Positions 8,020 to 18,330 of a DNA stretch of 64,000 bases are shown here, in pieces. Made by a program: the position numbers and the translations under genes. Numbering within the stretch: position 1 is the stretch's first letter; each line of letters starts with the position of its first letter. Source of the DNA: a virus; IMG/VR virus record IMGVR_UViG_3300034520_000378. The stretch is one strand, 5' to 3'. The notes beneath the pieces were generated by a model, which was not told where the DNA came from, did not search any database, and was given only the letters and a program-made list of their open reading frames with translations.

Positions 8020-10740
8020 ATGGTGAAGTACGAGGTTCGCGGTAATGTTGCTGTTGTCACGTTCAACTATGACCCGGACTATGTTACTAGGATAAAGCAG
8101 GTGCCGGGTGCTAGATGGAATCCCGAGGAGAAGGCCTGGCAGATACCGGCACAGCACATAGAGACGTTCCGGCGGCTGTTCGATGGCGAGATAATTGAAG
8201 ACCGGCTGCCGGATTTTCATGCAGACATTGTCAAACAGGAAGTCGGCACAGCCGTGCCACTCTATGAGTTCCAGAAGTTCGGGGCGTCGTTCCTAGCTCA
8301 GAGGGCGGCACAGAACGGCTTTGCGTTCTTGTGTGACGCAACAGGCATTGGGAAGGGTCATCCTGTAGACACTAATATTCTTACCCCCGCTGGATGGCGT
8401 CGGATAGGAGATCTGCGAGTAGGTGACAAAGTCATAGGATCAAATGGGCAGGCGGTAACGGTAACAGGTGTATTTAGGCGTGGTATATTGCCAGTGTATC
8501 GTGTTACCTTTAACGACGGTTGCTCTATTCTTGTCGATGCTGACCATGTCTGGGCTGTTCGCACGGGTAGTGATCAGCACCGTGGGCGCAACTTCTACCT
8601 GAAGACAACTCGTGAACTTATGAACGACCTTACTTATAGCAATGGTTACTGTAAGTGGCGTATTCCACTGGTAGCACCGGTTCAGTTCCAAGATAGCGGT
8701 GAGAGGCCTATAGATCCATATGTCCTTGGTGTTCTATTGGCAGACGGATGTTTTAGTGGGCATACTGTACGATTTACACCTGGTGACAAACATGTTGCAG
8801 AAGAGGTGGCCTCATTACTACCTCCAGGACTTAGCTTGACAAAAGAGCGAGGTAGTCGATCTAGCTCTACCACATATTGTATATCTTCTGGTAAACCTGG
8901 AGCATCCAACCCCGTACTTGATGCACTAAGGCAACTAGGGCTTATGGGGTTGCGCTCTCACGAACGCTTCGTGCCTCGGTCTTATCTTTTTGCACCTGTT
9001 GAGGATCGGATAGCATTGCTCCAAGGTTTATTAGATTCAGACGGCGAATTTTATGTGGGCACTAACCATGTTGGGTTCTGTACTACCTCTCTCCACCTGG
9101 CGGAGGCTGTTACATTTTTGGTCCAAAGTTTCGGCGGTGTAGTGTGGCAAACGATAAAACGATCCCCAAAGTATAGACATAACGGAGAGCTTCGTGTTGG
9201 GAAACAAGCTTACTTGCTCTCTATTCGCCTGCCCGACTCTATTACACCCTTCCGTATAAGGAAACTGCCACCTCTTAAGAGGCCCAGAAAGTACTTGCCT
9301 AACCGAATCATACGCTCCATTGAACCGGCTGGTCAAGCTGAAGTGATATGTATTGCTGTCGATGCTCCTGATCAGCTCTACGTTACCGAACACTTCATAG
9401 TTACTCATAATACACCGCAGTCCCTCGGTGCCTGGCTGCTCCTTAAGGACATGCTCGGCACCGAGTCCCTACCTACTCTTGTTGTCACGCCTGCCGCCGT
9501 GCGGCACCAGTGGGTGGTTGACGCCATCCCCAAGTTCCTGGGGAGCGACACCGACGTGGTTGAGGTGGTCGGTACGCAGCAGCAGCGGCTTGCGCTTTAC
9601 GGCACGGCGGAGATAACCGTGGTTAACTACGAGGCGCTCATGCGCGATGCCGAGCTCATCCCCAAGGATACTAAGTTTGCCTTGTTCGTCTTCGATGAGT
9701 GCCAGAGACTCAAGAATAAGAGCGGCGTTACATATAGGGCTGTCAAGAAGTTGCTTAAGCGGATGCCGGGTGCGTTTAAGTTCTTCCTGACGGCCACACC
9801 GCTCATGAACAACCTGGACGAGCTTTATGCCCTGTTCGAATTGGCTCAGCCTGGCTTCTTCGGCAAGTACAGTCAGTTCAAACAGGAGCATATGAAGTTC
9901 GTCTGGACTGGCAAGTACCCCAAGCTTGTCGGCTATAAGAAGCTTGGTATGATTGCCCAGAAGATTGCCCCACATATCCTCCGCCGTACAGCAGAGCATC
10001 CGGAAGTTGCCACTGCGCTGCCGGAGTTTGTTGAGCAGGTGCTGTACGTGGAGCCGTCCCCCCTACAGCGGCAGCTGCATGACCTCATATACGACGACTG
10101 GCTCAAAACGCAGCAGGAGCTTGCCAAGCTTGAAGGTCCGGCACGTGAGCAGGCCGAGGTGCGCTGCCGCGGCCAGATTGTGCTTATGCAGGGTGCGGCG
10201 GATGACCCGCGGCTCTTCACTATGAGCAGCTCAAGGCAGACGGAGTACTACCTGGAGCACGTGGGAAACATTCCTGATTCTCCTTCCCCGAAGCTCCAGG
10301 CATTGTGCGAGCTTGTTAACGACCTTGTACCCGATGGCAAGGTCGTCATATTCACCTGCTTTGAACGCATGGCGCGTCTTATCCACGGCGCACTGCAGCA
10401 ATACAATCCGGCCTTGTTCACGGGTAAGAACAAGGACGAGCGCGAGGTCGAGCTTAAGCGCTTCTGGCAGGATCCGTCCTGTAAGGTTATTGTCATGACT
10501 GACGCTGGAGGAGTGGGGTTGAACGTCCAAATCGCCAGGTTCCTCATTAACTTCGACCTCCCATGGAGCCCCGGCCAACTGGAACAGCGGTACGGCCGCA
10601 TCAAACGCTTCGGCTCACAGTACCGCTCTGTTGTCGTTTTCAACATGCTTACGCTGGGCACCATCGACCAGCGCGTTATGCAGGCACTCCAGCGCAAGCA
10701 GGAGGTGTTTACAGCGCTCATCTATGCATACCCCGTGTGA
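8020..10740 (+). CDS. SNF2-family helicase/ATPase containing an intein
   Basis: DATGIGK|T, FDECQ, LTATP, GGVGLN, QRYGRIKR motifs. Confidence 0.9.
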   Translation: MVKYEVRGNVAVVTFNYDPDYVTRIKQVPGARWNPEEKAWQIPAQHIETFRRLFDGEIIEDRLPDFHADIVKQEVGTAVPLYEFQKFGASFLAQRAAQNGFAFLCDATGIGKGHPVDTNILTPAGWRRIGDLRVGDKVIGSNGQAVTVTGVFRRGILPVYRVTFNDGCSILVDADHVWAVRTGSDQHRGRNFYLKTTRELMNDLTYSNGYCKWRIPLVAPVQFQDSGERPIDPYVLGVLLADGCFSGHTVRFTPGDKHVAEEVASLLPPGLSLTKERGSRSSSTTYCISSGKPGASNPVLDALRQLGLMGLRSHERFVPRSYLFAPVEDRIALLQGLLDSDGEFYVGTNHVGFCTTSLHLAEAVTFLVQSFGGVVWQTIKRSPKYRHNGELRVGKQAYLLSIRLPDSITPFRIRKLPPLKRPRKYLPNRIIRSIEPAGQAEVICIAVDAPDQLYVTEHFIVTHNTPQSLGAWLLLKDMLGTESLPTLVVTPAAVRHQWVVDAIPKFLGSDTDVVEVVGTQQQRLALYGTAEITVVNYEALMRDAELIPKDTKFALFVFDECQRLKNKSGVTYRAVKKLLKRMPGAFKFFLTATPLMNNLDELYALFELAQPGFFGKYSQFKQEHMKFVWTGKYPKLVGYKKLGMIAQKIAPHILRRTAEHPEVATALPEFVEQVLYVEPSPLQRQLHDLIYDDWLKTQQELAKLEGPAREQAEVRCRGQIVLMQGAADDPRLFTMSSSRQTEYYLEHVGNIPDSPSPKLQALCELVNDLVPDGKVVIFTCFERMARLIHGALQQYNPALFTGKNKDEREVELKRFWQDPSCKVIVMTDAGGVGLNVQIARFLINFDLPWSPGQLEQRYGRIKRFGSQYRSVVVFNMLTLGTIDQRVMQALQRKQEVFTALIYAYPV
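8356..9411 (+). mobile_element. intein (352 aa, class 3 signature) with LAGLIDADG endonuclease
   Basis: GK|GHPVDT...IVTHN|T; DADHVW, VICIAV; LGVLLADG and LQGLLDSDG. Confidence 0.9.
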
Positions 10741-11103
10741 TTTAGCTTAGGTGTGAGCCGGAGAGAAAAAAGCTCCGGTTTGCAAACAAGCACACGGGAG
10801 GTTGAAAGCTATGCAGTCTTCTTCTGTTTACTTCGATGAGGTTAAGGAACGTACACTGCTTGCGCGTACGTCAAGGAAACACAGGATTAAGCGCGTTAGC
10901 TGGTGCACGTCGCCTATGGATGTCATCGATAGGCGGCGCCATCCGGAGTACCGCGCCAGCCGCGTGAAAGTGTATCACATTGACGCGCTTAAACTTCAAC
11001 ACGCCTAATCCTCTCTGTTGGAACAATTACCGCCAGCCCGAGGTCGCGGGGCGACTAACAAATACCGCGGCACCCCACCGGGGGAGGGTTAAAGGAGGTT
11101 AAC

Positions 11104-11679
11104 ATGTCGTTTAAGGTTGATTCGATTCGTGTCCAGTACAAGGAAGTCGATGGTACCCGCTTCTACTATGCTGACGTAGGCTCTGAAGTCCATGGACGCT
11201 ATAGTTTTAGGCTTTGGATCTCCGGTCGTCTTGTTAAGCAGGTTGTAGACAAGGATGGCAATGTTACTTACCTGGTCACGTTCCCGGTGAAGGATGCAGC
11301 AATCGTGCGGACGGAAAAAGGCACTCTTGTCCTGCGTCCAGTGCCCGGCAAGGTCACTCACAACATTCTGGTGCCATGTGGCTATCGCGGCACATCGTCT
11401 ATACAGGTCGATGACATGGCAGGCGTAGAGGTGTATACTTATTACGTGTACGAGTCTCCACGCGGGAACCTTGGTATCAGCACTGGCGCACTCATCGTTG
11501 CTAATGACGTACCGGTGTTTGTCAACTGGTCGCGCTCCGGCAGGCTGTACGGTGTCCCGGACAAGGGTGTGCTTATCCTCTATCCGGACGGGGACACATA
11601 CGAGCGCGAGGCGTGCGAGTGCCTCGATGGACTGCCGGACCGTGAGGAGCTCGAGGAGCTTAAGGAACTTCTCTCCTAG
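11104..11679 (+). CDS. hypothetical protein
   Basis: AAGGAGG RBS; 191 aa. Confidence 0.7.
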   Translation: MSFKVDSIRVQYKEVDGTRFYYADVGSEVHGRYSFRLWISGRLVKQVVDKDGNVTYLVTFPVKDAAIVRTEKGTLVLRPVPGKVTHNILVPCGYRGTSSIQVDDMAGVEVYTYYVYESPRGNLGISTGALIVANDVPVFVNWSRSGRLYGVPDKGVLILYPDGDTYEREACECLDGLPDREELEELKELLS

Positions 11680-11682
11680 GGG

Positions 11683-12036
11683 GTGATAAGAGTGTCGGCA
11701 CAGCTGGAGCGCATTGTAGACCACCGTATCCTCAAGCATCCCCAGACGGGTCACATTGTCTATGTTAAGACAGGCTTTAACTGGTATGCTTTTCTGTTCG
11801 GCCCGTTCTGGTATATCTTCAATGATCTAGTCTTCCAAGGTCTGGCTTGGTTTGCTGTTAGTGCCGCTGCTACATCTCTCTTTAACATCGTCGGCTTAGT
11901 CCTTGTTTGGACTATTGCCGGCTTCACTGCTTATGATGCCAAGTACAAGCAGCTTTTGAAGAAGGGCTATGTCGACATTACTGCCGAGCTGCTTGAGCGC
12001 TGGCATACGGAGTCTGATCAGAGCCAAGCTAACTAA
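11683..12036 (+). CDS. DUF2628-like membrane protein
   Basis: GFNWYAFLFGPFW motif plus TM helices. Confidence 0.65.
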   Translation: MIRVSAQLERIVDHRILKHPQTGHIVYVKTGFNWYAFLFGPFWYIFNDLVFQGLAWFAVSAAATSLFNIVGLVLVWTIAGFTAYDAKYKQLLKKGYVDITAELLERWHTESDQSQAN

Positions 12037-12115
12037 ATGCTACTACAGGCAGGAGGAGGCTGAATGTGATTCGGTTAAATCCTGCCTAAATCATATCACA
12101 GGAGAGGATAGCATT

Positions 12116-12496
12116 ATGGCTTTGTGTGCACGTAAATTTCTCCCACACGAGGATGGGGTTATCATCAACTGCATTATAGGCGCGCCTTCTTTGCATGATG
12201 GTCTACAAAAGGCTGCTACTCAGCTAGGTAGATCGTTCCGTAGTGTTGAGAGCCGTTATAGGAGACTCAAGAGCAAAGGTCTTGTATCCGCTTCGGCGCA
12301 GAGCACAGCGCCGTCTTGTAAGGTGCATCAAACTTTTGCATCTGCACAGTCGGCAGCGAATTCTAACATGAACCGTGTCATCCAGCGCCTGCTGGACAAT
12401 GCCGATGCGGTTGTCATCTATACAGGGGACTATGAGTGTCGAATTGTGCGTACCAAGCGCGTTCAGCTTGCGGCTGTCAAGCAGAGCACCGGCTGA
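12116..12496 (+). CDS. putative HTH DNA-binding protein
   Basis: AATQLGRSFRSVESRYRRL. Confidence 0.5.
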   Translation: MALCARKFLPHEDGVIINCIIGAPSLHDGLQKAATQLGRSFRSVESRYRRLKSKGLVSASAQSTAPSCKVHQTFASAQSAANSNMNRVIQRLLDNADAVVIYTGDYECRIVRTKRVQLAAVKQSTG

Positions 12497-12594
12497 CAGC
12501 CGGTATATGGCAGCCAGGACAAGTCCTAGTTGTATTCACCTTCCGCCGGTGTTATAATGTGTGCAGGAGTTCCTGTGCAGGGAGGTGAGAGCTG

Positions 12595-13125
12595 GTGTCA
12601 CAAACTACTCAACAGTCATCATCACCAGGGTCACACAGGGCGCGTGCATTCATAGCATTTATCATCGCTGGCATCATGTTACTAGAGTTTATCTATCTTT
12701 ACATCCCCCTGTTCCCCAGCTCCAGGAATACTTACCATTTCTACCTATACACCCTGTTTAGCGTGCTAAGTCCTATGAAAGCCCAGTTGGAGACGCTGAT
12801 ACAGACTGATCCTAGCTTTCCATCTGAGTACCGCACTGACGAGTACATTCGGCTTCTGGACGGCCTTATCCGCCGATCCTACTTTGTGCTCATCGCTCTC
12901 CACTTGCGTTGTCCACCACTGGGCTACTGGAAGATGCATCGCTCCTACATAGAGGTCGCCAAGTTCTACATACGTTACTTCAAGACGGCTAAGCACTATG
13001 TTCAGGATCCGCTTGACCCCAATGTAGAGGCTGAGTGTATGTTTCTACTGTACGAAATAGACCGTCTTAACAACGAACTATACCTAGAGGACCCGCTCAC
13101 TGGTATAGTACCACTGCCCTACTAG
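12595..13125 (+). CDS. membrane-anchored hypothetical protein
   Basis: N-terminal TM helix; RBS; downstream hairpin. Confidence 0.6.
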   Translation: MSQTTQQSSSPGSHRARAFIAFIIAGIMLLEFIYLYIPLFPSSRNTYHFYLYTLFSVLSPMKAQLETLIQTDPSFPSEYRTDEYIRLLDGLIRRSYFVLIALHLRCPPLGYWKMHRSYIEVAKFYIRYFKTAKHYVQDPLDPNVEAECMFLLYEIDRLNNELYLEDPLTGIVPLPY

Positions 13126-13228
13126 AGGGACGAGTATTTGTGCTCGTCCCTTTTTCTTACTTGTTGTGTCTCGTAATATTGACGCCGTGATGCTTATATG
13201 TTATCCTAGTATCGGAGGTGATACGAGT

Positions 13229-14098
13229 ATGCCGTACTTTTCACACTGCGTTCCGTGTCTTCTAGCAGTTTGTACGGAGAAGTTCGACATGCCGGCGGAT
13301 CTTGCCAACATGCTTGCGGCACAGGACGAGCGCGGACTGACGCTTTTGGAGCGTGTTATCCACTCTGACCACTTACTGCACAGCGCTCTTATGTCCTGTT
13401 CTGCGCGCACTCCTTGCGTTCCGGATACTCCTCAGTTCCTGTTTTCCCACGTTATGTCAGCCGTTGTATCATGTCCTGTAGTTGAGCCCGCCGTGGCAGA
13501 CCGAGTCCTGGAGTATGCCAGTCAAATTGAGCATGAGATCCGGCACTGGACATTTACGCGGTTTATCAGGGCACGCTCGCCAGCACAGACTGAGCGCTAT
13601 CTCTCTCCTATGTACATTGAACAGTACTACGGCCTGCACACTCTGCGTGGACCGGACCGTGCATACGTTCTCTGCCTGATTGGTAATCTACTGGTTACTG
13701 CACTTGGCGTTCCGGGGTTTCAGCCAAGCACGACGGCCACGCTTGTCGACTACTTTGTCATGTTGTGCCACGAGTGTCCGGCTATCCTTGATTTTGCTTC
13801 CCTTTCCTCTTTGTTGTCCAAACGAAATGGCAATCTCACGCAGGAACAAAGGGAACGCATATTCCAGCTTTTGCTTGATTATCCGTACTCAAGCGCTACC
13901 TACAGCGTGATTTCAACTATCGACTGCCCTAGTTGTTTTGTTAGAGCCTTAGCAGACATCCTGCTGAGTGACCGGGACGCTCCCGAGATGTTGCGTCTGC
14001 AGCGTGCCACGGCTCTGCTGGACCGCCAGGCTTGGCACCTTGATGAGCATATTGCGGTTGCTCTTGGGCTGCTCTGCAGCAGCTGTCCCACTAATTAG
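13229..14098 (+). CDS. hypothetical helical protein
   Basis: Promoter TTGACG-17-TATCCT; GGAGGTG RBS. Confidence 0.6.
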   Translation: MPYFSHCVPCLLAVCTEKFDMPADLANMLAAQDERGLTLLERVIHSDHLLHSALMSCSARTPCVPDTPQFLFSHVMSAVVSCPVVEPAVADRVLEYASQIEHEIRHWTFTRFIRARSPAQTERYLSPMYIEQYYGLHTLRGPDRAYVLCLIGNLLVTALGVPGFQPSTTATLVDYFVMLCHECPAILDFASLSSLLSKRNGNLTQEQRERIFQLLLDYPYSSATYSVISTIDCPSCFVRALADILLSDRDAPEMLRLQRATALLDRQAWHLDEHIAVALGLLCSSCPTN

Positions 14099-14114
14099 AC
14101 AGGAGGTGGTCAGT

Positions 14115-14477
14115 GTGGGCTACTATTCTGAAGTGATCATCGTAATTGCGAAGGATGCGCATGAGGCCTTCCTCAATGCGCTTGCAGCTCGAGCGTTTGA
14201 GCTGCAGTGTATCGGTGAATGCAGCCCGGCAGAACTGCTTGCGGCTGCAGAAAAGGAGGAACATCCTGATGCGGTTGTCTACCACTGGCCGTTCGTCAAG
14301 TGGTACGATAACTATGACCCTGACGTGATGGCCATAAGGGATGCACTCAAAGAGCTTGACTCTGACTGCTACAAGTTCTACCGCCTTGGTGAGGAGTACG
14401 GCGACTTTGAGGAAGATGGTAACTATCTTGGCGATCCACAGTTCTATATGGTGCACAGGCTTGAGATGCTGTCGTAA
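14115..14477 (+). CDS. hypothetical phage protein
   Basis: AGGAGG RBS; MGYYSEV...FYRLGEEYGD. Confidence 0.65.
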   Translation: MGYYSEVIIVIAKDAHEAFLNALAARAFELQCIGECSPAELLAAAEKEEHPDAVVYHWPFVKWYDNYDPDVMAIRDALKELDSDCYKFYRLGEEYGDFEEDGNYLGDPQFYMVHRLEMLS

Positions 14478-14558
14478 AGGAGTTGGCCGTGTTTTGCTTC
14501 ATTACCGCCAGCCGGGCGGCGGACAGTAAATAGCCCGGCTATCTGAAAGGAGGTAATT

Positions 14559-14915
14559 ATGGAACTGGCAAACAGACTTATGGCACTGCTGAGCGTGCTA
14601 CCTCAGAGGATCGAAGAAGCGGAAAAGGAGGTTGTCAGCGCAACCAATGCCCTCAAGGAAGCTGAAGATGCCCTGGCGATGAAGGAAGCCACACTCATAA
14701 TGGAAGGCAGGATCAACGGCAGGAATGAGACTGAGCGGAAAGCGCAGTTGCTCGCCCTCACTACCGATGAGCGCCGTGCTGTAACCGAGGCTCAGGAGCG
14801 GTTGTCGCTTGCCAAGCTCAGCTACAACAGGTTAGTCAACGAATTCAAAGCAGCCCGCTCCATTGCTCTTGTCATAGCTCAGCTGTCGGAATTCCAGGAA
14901 GCCCAGGAGGTATAG
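14559..14915 (+). CDS. coiled-coil protein
   Basis: Heptad pattern; strong RBS. Confidence 0.7.
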   Translation: MELANRLMALLSVLPQRIEEAEKEVVSATNALKEAEDALAMKEATLIMEGRINGRNETERKAQLLALTTDERRAVTEAQERLSLAKLSYNRLVNEFKAARSIALVIAQLSEFQEAQEV

Positions 14916-14920
14916 GGGGT

Positions 14921-15103
14921 GTGTCTATGGATCCTTTGAAGGAACTGCTTTTGTTTGTCCAGGAACAGGAGGAGTTCTATTATCACCTGATGTGGGATGA
15001 GATGGCAAAGGGCAATATGGTTGGTATGGTTGCTATGCAGTGCCAGGCTGCAGCATTCCATAAGGTCCGCTGCAAGATCGAAGCTATGCTTGAAGAAGAG
15101 TAG
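14921..15103 (+). CDS. hypothetical protein
   Basis: Fills the operon gap; RBS. Confidence 0.55.
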   Translation: MSMDPLKELLLFVQEQEEFYYHLMWDEMAKGNMVGMVAMQCQAAAFHKVRCKIEAMLEEE

Positions 15104-15109
15104 AGGGAG

Positions 15110-16201
15110 GTGAATGTTTTGACTGCTGCTATTGATGCCAGTACTATGACTTTAGATCAGATTATGGCCGTTCTCCAGCTTTCAACTAATCTACCGCGCT
15201 TTAAGTGCCGCCACTGCGGGAGGCATCATAGCTATGGCTGGCGACGCTGCTATGAACAGATAGGGGCACCGTTTGCGGATTTATCTCTTGCGTGCAATAG
15301 AGCATTTATCCACGCTGCCACTTTGTATGCGGAGGAGCTAGATGGTGGTACTCTTCTTCACCTGCCGGCCGTTCGTGTCTCAATCCCGCGTGTCATTCCG
15401 TACAAGGTCGTGTTCTACAAACAGGAGGAAGCTTTATCGCTGCTTGAGCAGTACGTTGAAATACGCAATGCCATCCCGGAGCCACCACCCATTACTCTGT
15501 TTGAAAAGCGTGTTCCGCTCTCCCTTATGCTCACACCACAGCAATACCGGGAACTGGTTTGTCGGCTGATGGACTCCCCTGCGTACAATGAGTACACGGA
15601 GTGGCTTAAGAGCTTTGTACAGCAGGTTGTGAACTTTGTCACTGCACACCCTGTACTGTTTGTACCATCTGTACCGGTACAGACCAAGCTCTGGTTTGGT
15701 AGACAGTGTTCGGGGATACCAGGTCCATTCATGCCCGATGTCTACGTGCTTCCATCTGGGCATGACCAACCTCTCAGTCTCAACTCTATATTCTCACGCT
15801 TGGACGTGCTTAGTGCCCACCTTGTGCGGGCGGTATACAGCTTTCATGACTTCGGTTTTCTGGACCCACCACGTGCTGCCGTGCTTAATGGTATGCTGTT
15901 GCTCTCTCCTGCTGGTACACACGAGTATACCGATGCGCAGTACTTATGCAAGACTACTCTCCTTCCCCTGGTCAATGGTTTCCAGTTCTCATTCCGCGTC
16001 AATACATTATCCAAGAATGGGCCACTAAACCATATTGACTGCAGTGATGGGATCACCGCCCGTCTTTCTGCATTATGCCACGAGCTTGACGCCATCACCC
16101 GCCCTGCCTTTAAGGCCATGTTCAGGACGTATCTTGCTGACATGGGGCGCGCTATTTGCGCCAAGGAGGTGCAGTCATGCAACCCACCGCTGCCACTCTG
16201 A
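15110..16201 (+). CDS. hypothetical protein with an N-terminal CxxC..H..C motif
   Basis: Long ORF in operon. Confidence 0.6.
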   Translation: MNVLTAAIDASTMTLDQIMAVLQLSTNLPRFKCRHCGRHHSYGWRRCYEQIGAPFADLSLACNRAFIHAATLYAEELDGGTLLHLPAVRVSIPRVIPYKVVFYKQEEALSLLEQYVEIRNAIPEPPPITLFEKRVPLSLMLTPQQYRELVCRLMDSPAYNEYTEWLKSFVQQVVNFVTAHPVLFVPSVPVQTKLWFGRQCSGIPGPFMPDVYVLPSGHDQPLSLNSIFSRLDVLSAHLVRAVYSFHDFGFLDPPRAAVLNGMLLLSPAGTHEYTDAQYLCKTTLLPLVNGFQFSFRVNTLSKNGPLNHIDCSDGITARLSALCHELDAITRPAFKAMFRTYLADMGRAICAKEVQSCNPPLPL

Positions 16202-17007
16202 TTGAGGTTGTGGAGTGGGAGCCGGCCCTGCTTCAGACTATTGCAAATAAACTGGTGGCGGAGCTGTCGTTTGACATGTTCCATACCGTGTTTGAACGTC
16301 TTACTTCCCAGCCCTACTCTGTACAAGGGCGCCGCAAAAAGCTCAGGCCGTCGTTCTTGGCTGCAGCCCAGGAGCTTCCGTCTCTGTTCGATAATATCAG
16401 AGTTCTATGTCGCCTTGGCATGGGTGATTCCCTGGTTGCCCGCCTGTTTCACGACTACTCCACGCTTTACGTGGACCGCGTTATACCGCCGCTTCGACAG
16501 CATGGTACTAAGCGCAATCTTGCCCATACAGCTATGTCCATGTTTAACAGCCTTTCAGGGCCGGTTGCTATGCTGAGTCTTGATTCTGATTCTGATGTGC
16601 TTCCTTGTCTTGAGCCGATATCACGCATGGTTATCGCAATGACTGACTGCCTGTTGGAGCGACAGGTCAAGTCTACTACCGCTGCACGCACTGCGCGGAT
16701 GCTTCTTGGGCGCTATCTCCACTTTGTCACACTCGTCAGCGACAGTCAGTCTATTATCGATCAGGTCATCCACTTACTCGCAAAGTACGCACTCCGGATG
16801 GGCAGCATATCTGTTGTTGAGTCGTTCTCGACGCTCACTACCTTGCCTGCCGATGTGATAGAGAAGCGCGTACTTGACTGCCTCGAGGAACCCCCGTGCC
16901 GAATACGTGATCCTCTGTATGCCGTTCTGCTACGCACGCTTGCGCGACTGCCTAACGCACCGGACCACGTCAAGGCTGCTGTCGAGCTTGCGCTGGTTAA
17001 TCTCTAG
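16177..17007 (+). CDS. hypothetical helical protein
   Basis: AAGGAGGTG RBS. Confidence 0.6.
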   Translation: MQPTAATLIEVVEWEPALLQTIANKLVAELSFDMFHTVFERLTSQPYSVQGRRKKLRPSFLAAAQELPSLFDNIRVLCRLGMGDSLVARLFHDYSTLYVDRVIPPLRQHGTKRNLAHTAMSMFNSLSGPVAMLSLDSDSDVLPCLEPISRMVIAMTDCLLERQVKSTTAARTARMLLGRYLHFVTLVSDSQSIIDQVIHLLAKYALRMGSISVVESFSTLTTLPADVIEKRVLDCLEEPPCRIRDPLYAVLLRTLARLPNAPDHVKAAVELALVNL

Positions 17008-17022
17008 GAAAGGAGGGTTGCA

Positions 17023-17337
17023 ATGCCTAGAGTGTGTGTTGTAGGCGACAGTATAATTGGTATCTGTGACCACGGTCAGGAGTGCTGCCCGCATAATGTT
17101 ACCGGCTACTTCACCGAGGGCAGCCCAACCGTGTCCTTTAACAACAAACCGGTTGTCCGCGACGGTGACAGGTGCCGGACCACCTGTCCGCACTGCCATA
17201 CAGGCTATGCAGTAGGCAGAGCGTCGCGTATTACAGTCGATGGCAAGCCGGTCCACCGCTTAGGCGATCCGGTTGTTCTCGGTGGCGGTACCGGGATATC
17301 GGTGACTGCATCAACCACAATGGAAGACAACTCGTAG
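17023..17337 (+). CDS. PAAR-domain spike-tip protein
   Basis: VGD...CPH, GSPTV...KPVVRDGD, DGKPVHRLGD repeats. Confidence 0.85.
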   Translation: MPRVCVVGDSIIGICDHGQECCPHNVTGYFTEGSPTVSFNNKPVVRDGDRCRTTCPHCHTGYAVGRASRITVDGKPVHRLGDPVVLGGGTGISVTASTTMEDNS

Positions 17338-17352
17338 GGAGGGTTGTGTTAT

Positions 17353-17892
17353 ATGCGGATACTGCTGATTGGTAAGGCTGGTTCAGGCAAAGATACTGTA
17401 GCAGACTATCTTGGCCAGCGGTATGGTTTTAAGCGGTATGCCTTTGCTGATAAGCTCAAACAGATAGCGCTTGAGCTGTTTCCTGATATGTTTAAGCAGG
17501 GCAAGCCGCGCTCCCTGCTCCAGAACATTGGTACCTACTTCCGCACGATTGATGAAGATGTGTGGGTCAACTATGTGCTCAAGCGTATCCAGGCTGAAGC
17601 CCCGGAGCATGCTGTTATATCCGACTGTCGCTATGCTAACGAGCTGCACAGGTGCCTCGAGGAGGGTTTTGTGCCGGTGCTGGTCGAGTGTCCGCTGGAG
17701 ATACGAAACGCACACCTGATTGCGCGCGGCGACCAGCCTCTGACTCCCGCGCAGCAGAGCCATCCATCAGAAAACGATGTATTCAATGCGCTTGATACAA
17801 GATACATCTACAAGCTCGATAACTCCGGTACACTGGATGAGCTTTATAGGCAGGTAGACGAGCTGATAGCGTACTGGACATCCTGCATATGA
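17353..17892 (+). CDS. deoxynucleoside monophosphate kinase
   Basis: GKAGSGKDT, FADKLK, RSLLQNIG, ISDCRYANE, HPSE. Confidence 0.85.
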   Translation: MRILLIGKAGSGKDTVADYLGQRYGFKRYAFADKLKQIALELFPDMFKQGKPRSLLQNIGTYFRTIDEDVWVNYVLKRIQAEAPEHAVISDCRYANELHRCLEEGFVPVLVECPLEIRNAHLIARGDQPLTPAQQSHPSENDVFNALDTRYIYKLDNSGTLDELYRQVDELIAYWTSCI

Positions 17893-17959
17893 TGCACTAC
17901 GGGGATGCCTCGTGGTGATTCCGCCTAGAGGTTGAGTTTTGAAGAGAGGAGGGGGCTCA

Positions 17960-18316
17960 ATGCGCCTATTCCGTACCGTCATCTCTATATATGTCTACTT
18001 CCTTTGCCGCCTCTGTATATCGGACTTTGAGTTTGGCTACGAGGCGGTTGACAGGTATGATACGCCCGAGGCTGTCACTTGCTCAGAGCTCATTGTCTTG
18101 ATCGAGCGCCTTCCTCAGGCCACGCCGCAAGAGCTTGATCTGTTCTTTCAGGAGCTGGTCAGAGAACTTACAGAAGGTCCCTACCTGCTTCCTGCTAACC
18201 GCGAGCGTTTCGTCAGCCGGCTTCATGCTTTCCTTGATCTTGCCGGTGCTGAGCCTGAGGTGCGTGATATGTTTATCCAGGCAATTGAGACTGCTGAAGG
18301 GAGGAAGCAAATATGA
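17960..18316 (+). CDS. hypothetical protein
   Basis: RBS plus ORF. Confidence 0.5.
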   Translation: MRLFRTVISIYVYFLCRLCISDFEFGYEAVDRYDTPEAVTCSELIVLIERLPQATPQELDLFFQELVRELTEGPYLLPANRERFVSRLHAFLDLAGAEPEVRDMFIQAIETAEGRKQI

Positions 18317-18330
18317 AAGGAGGAAGCTCT

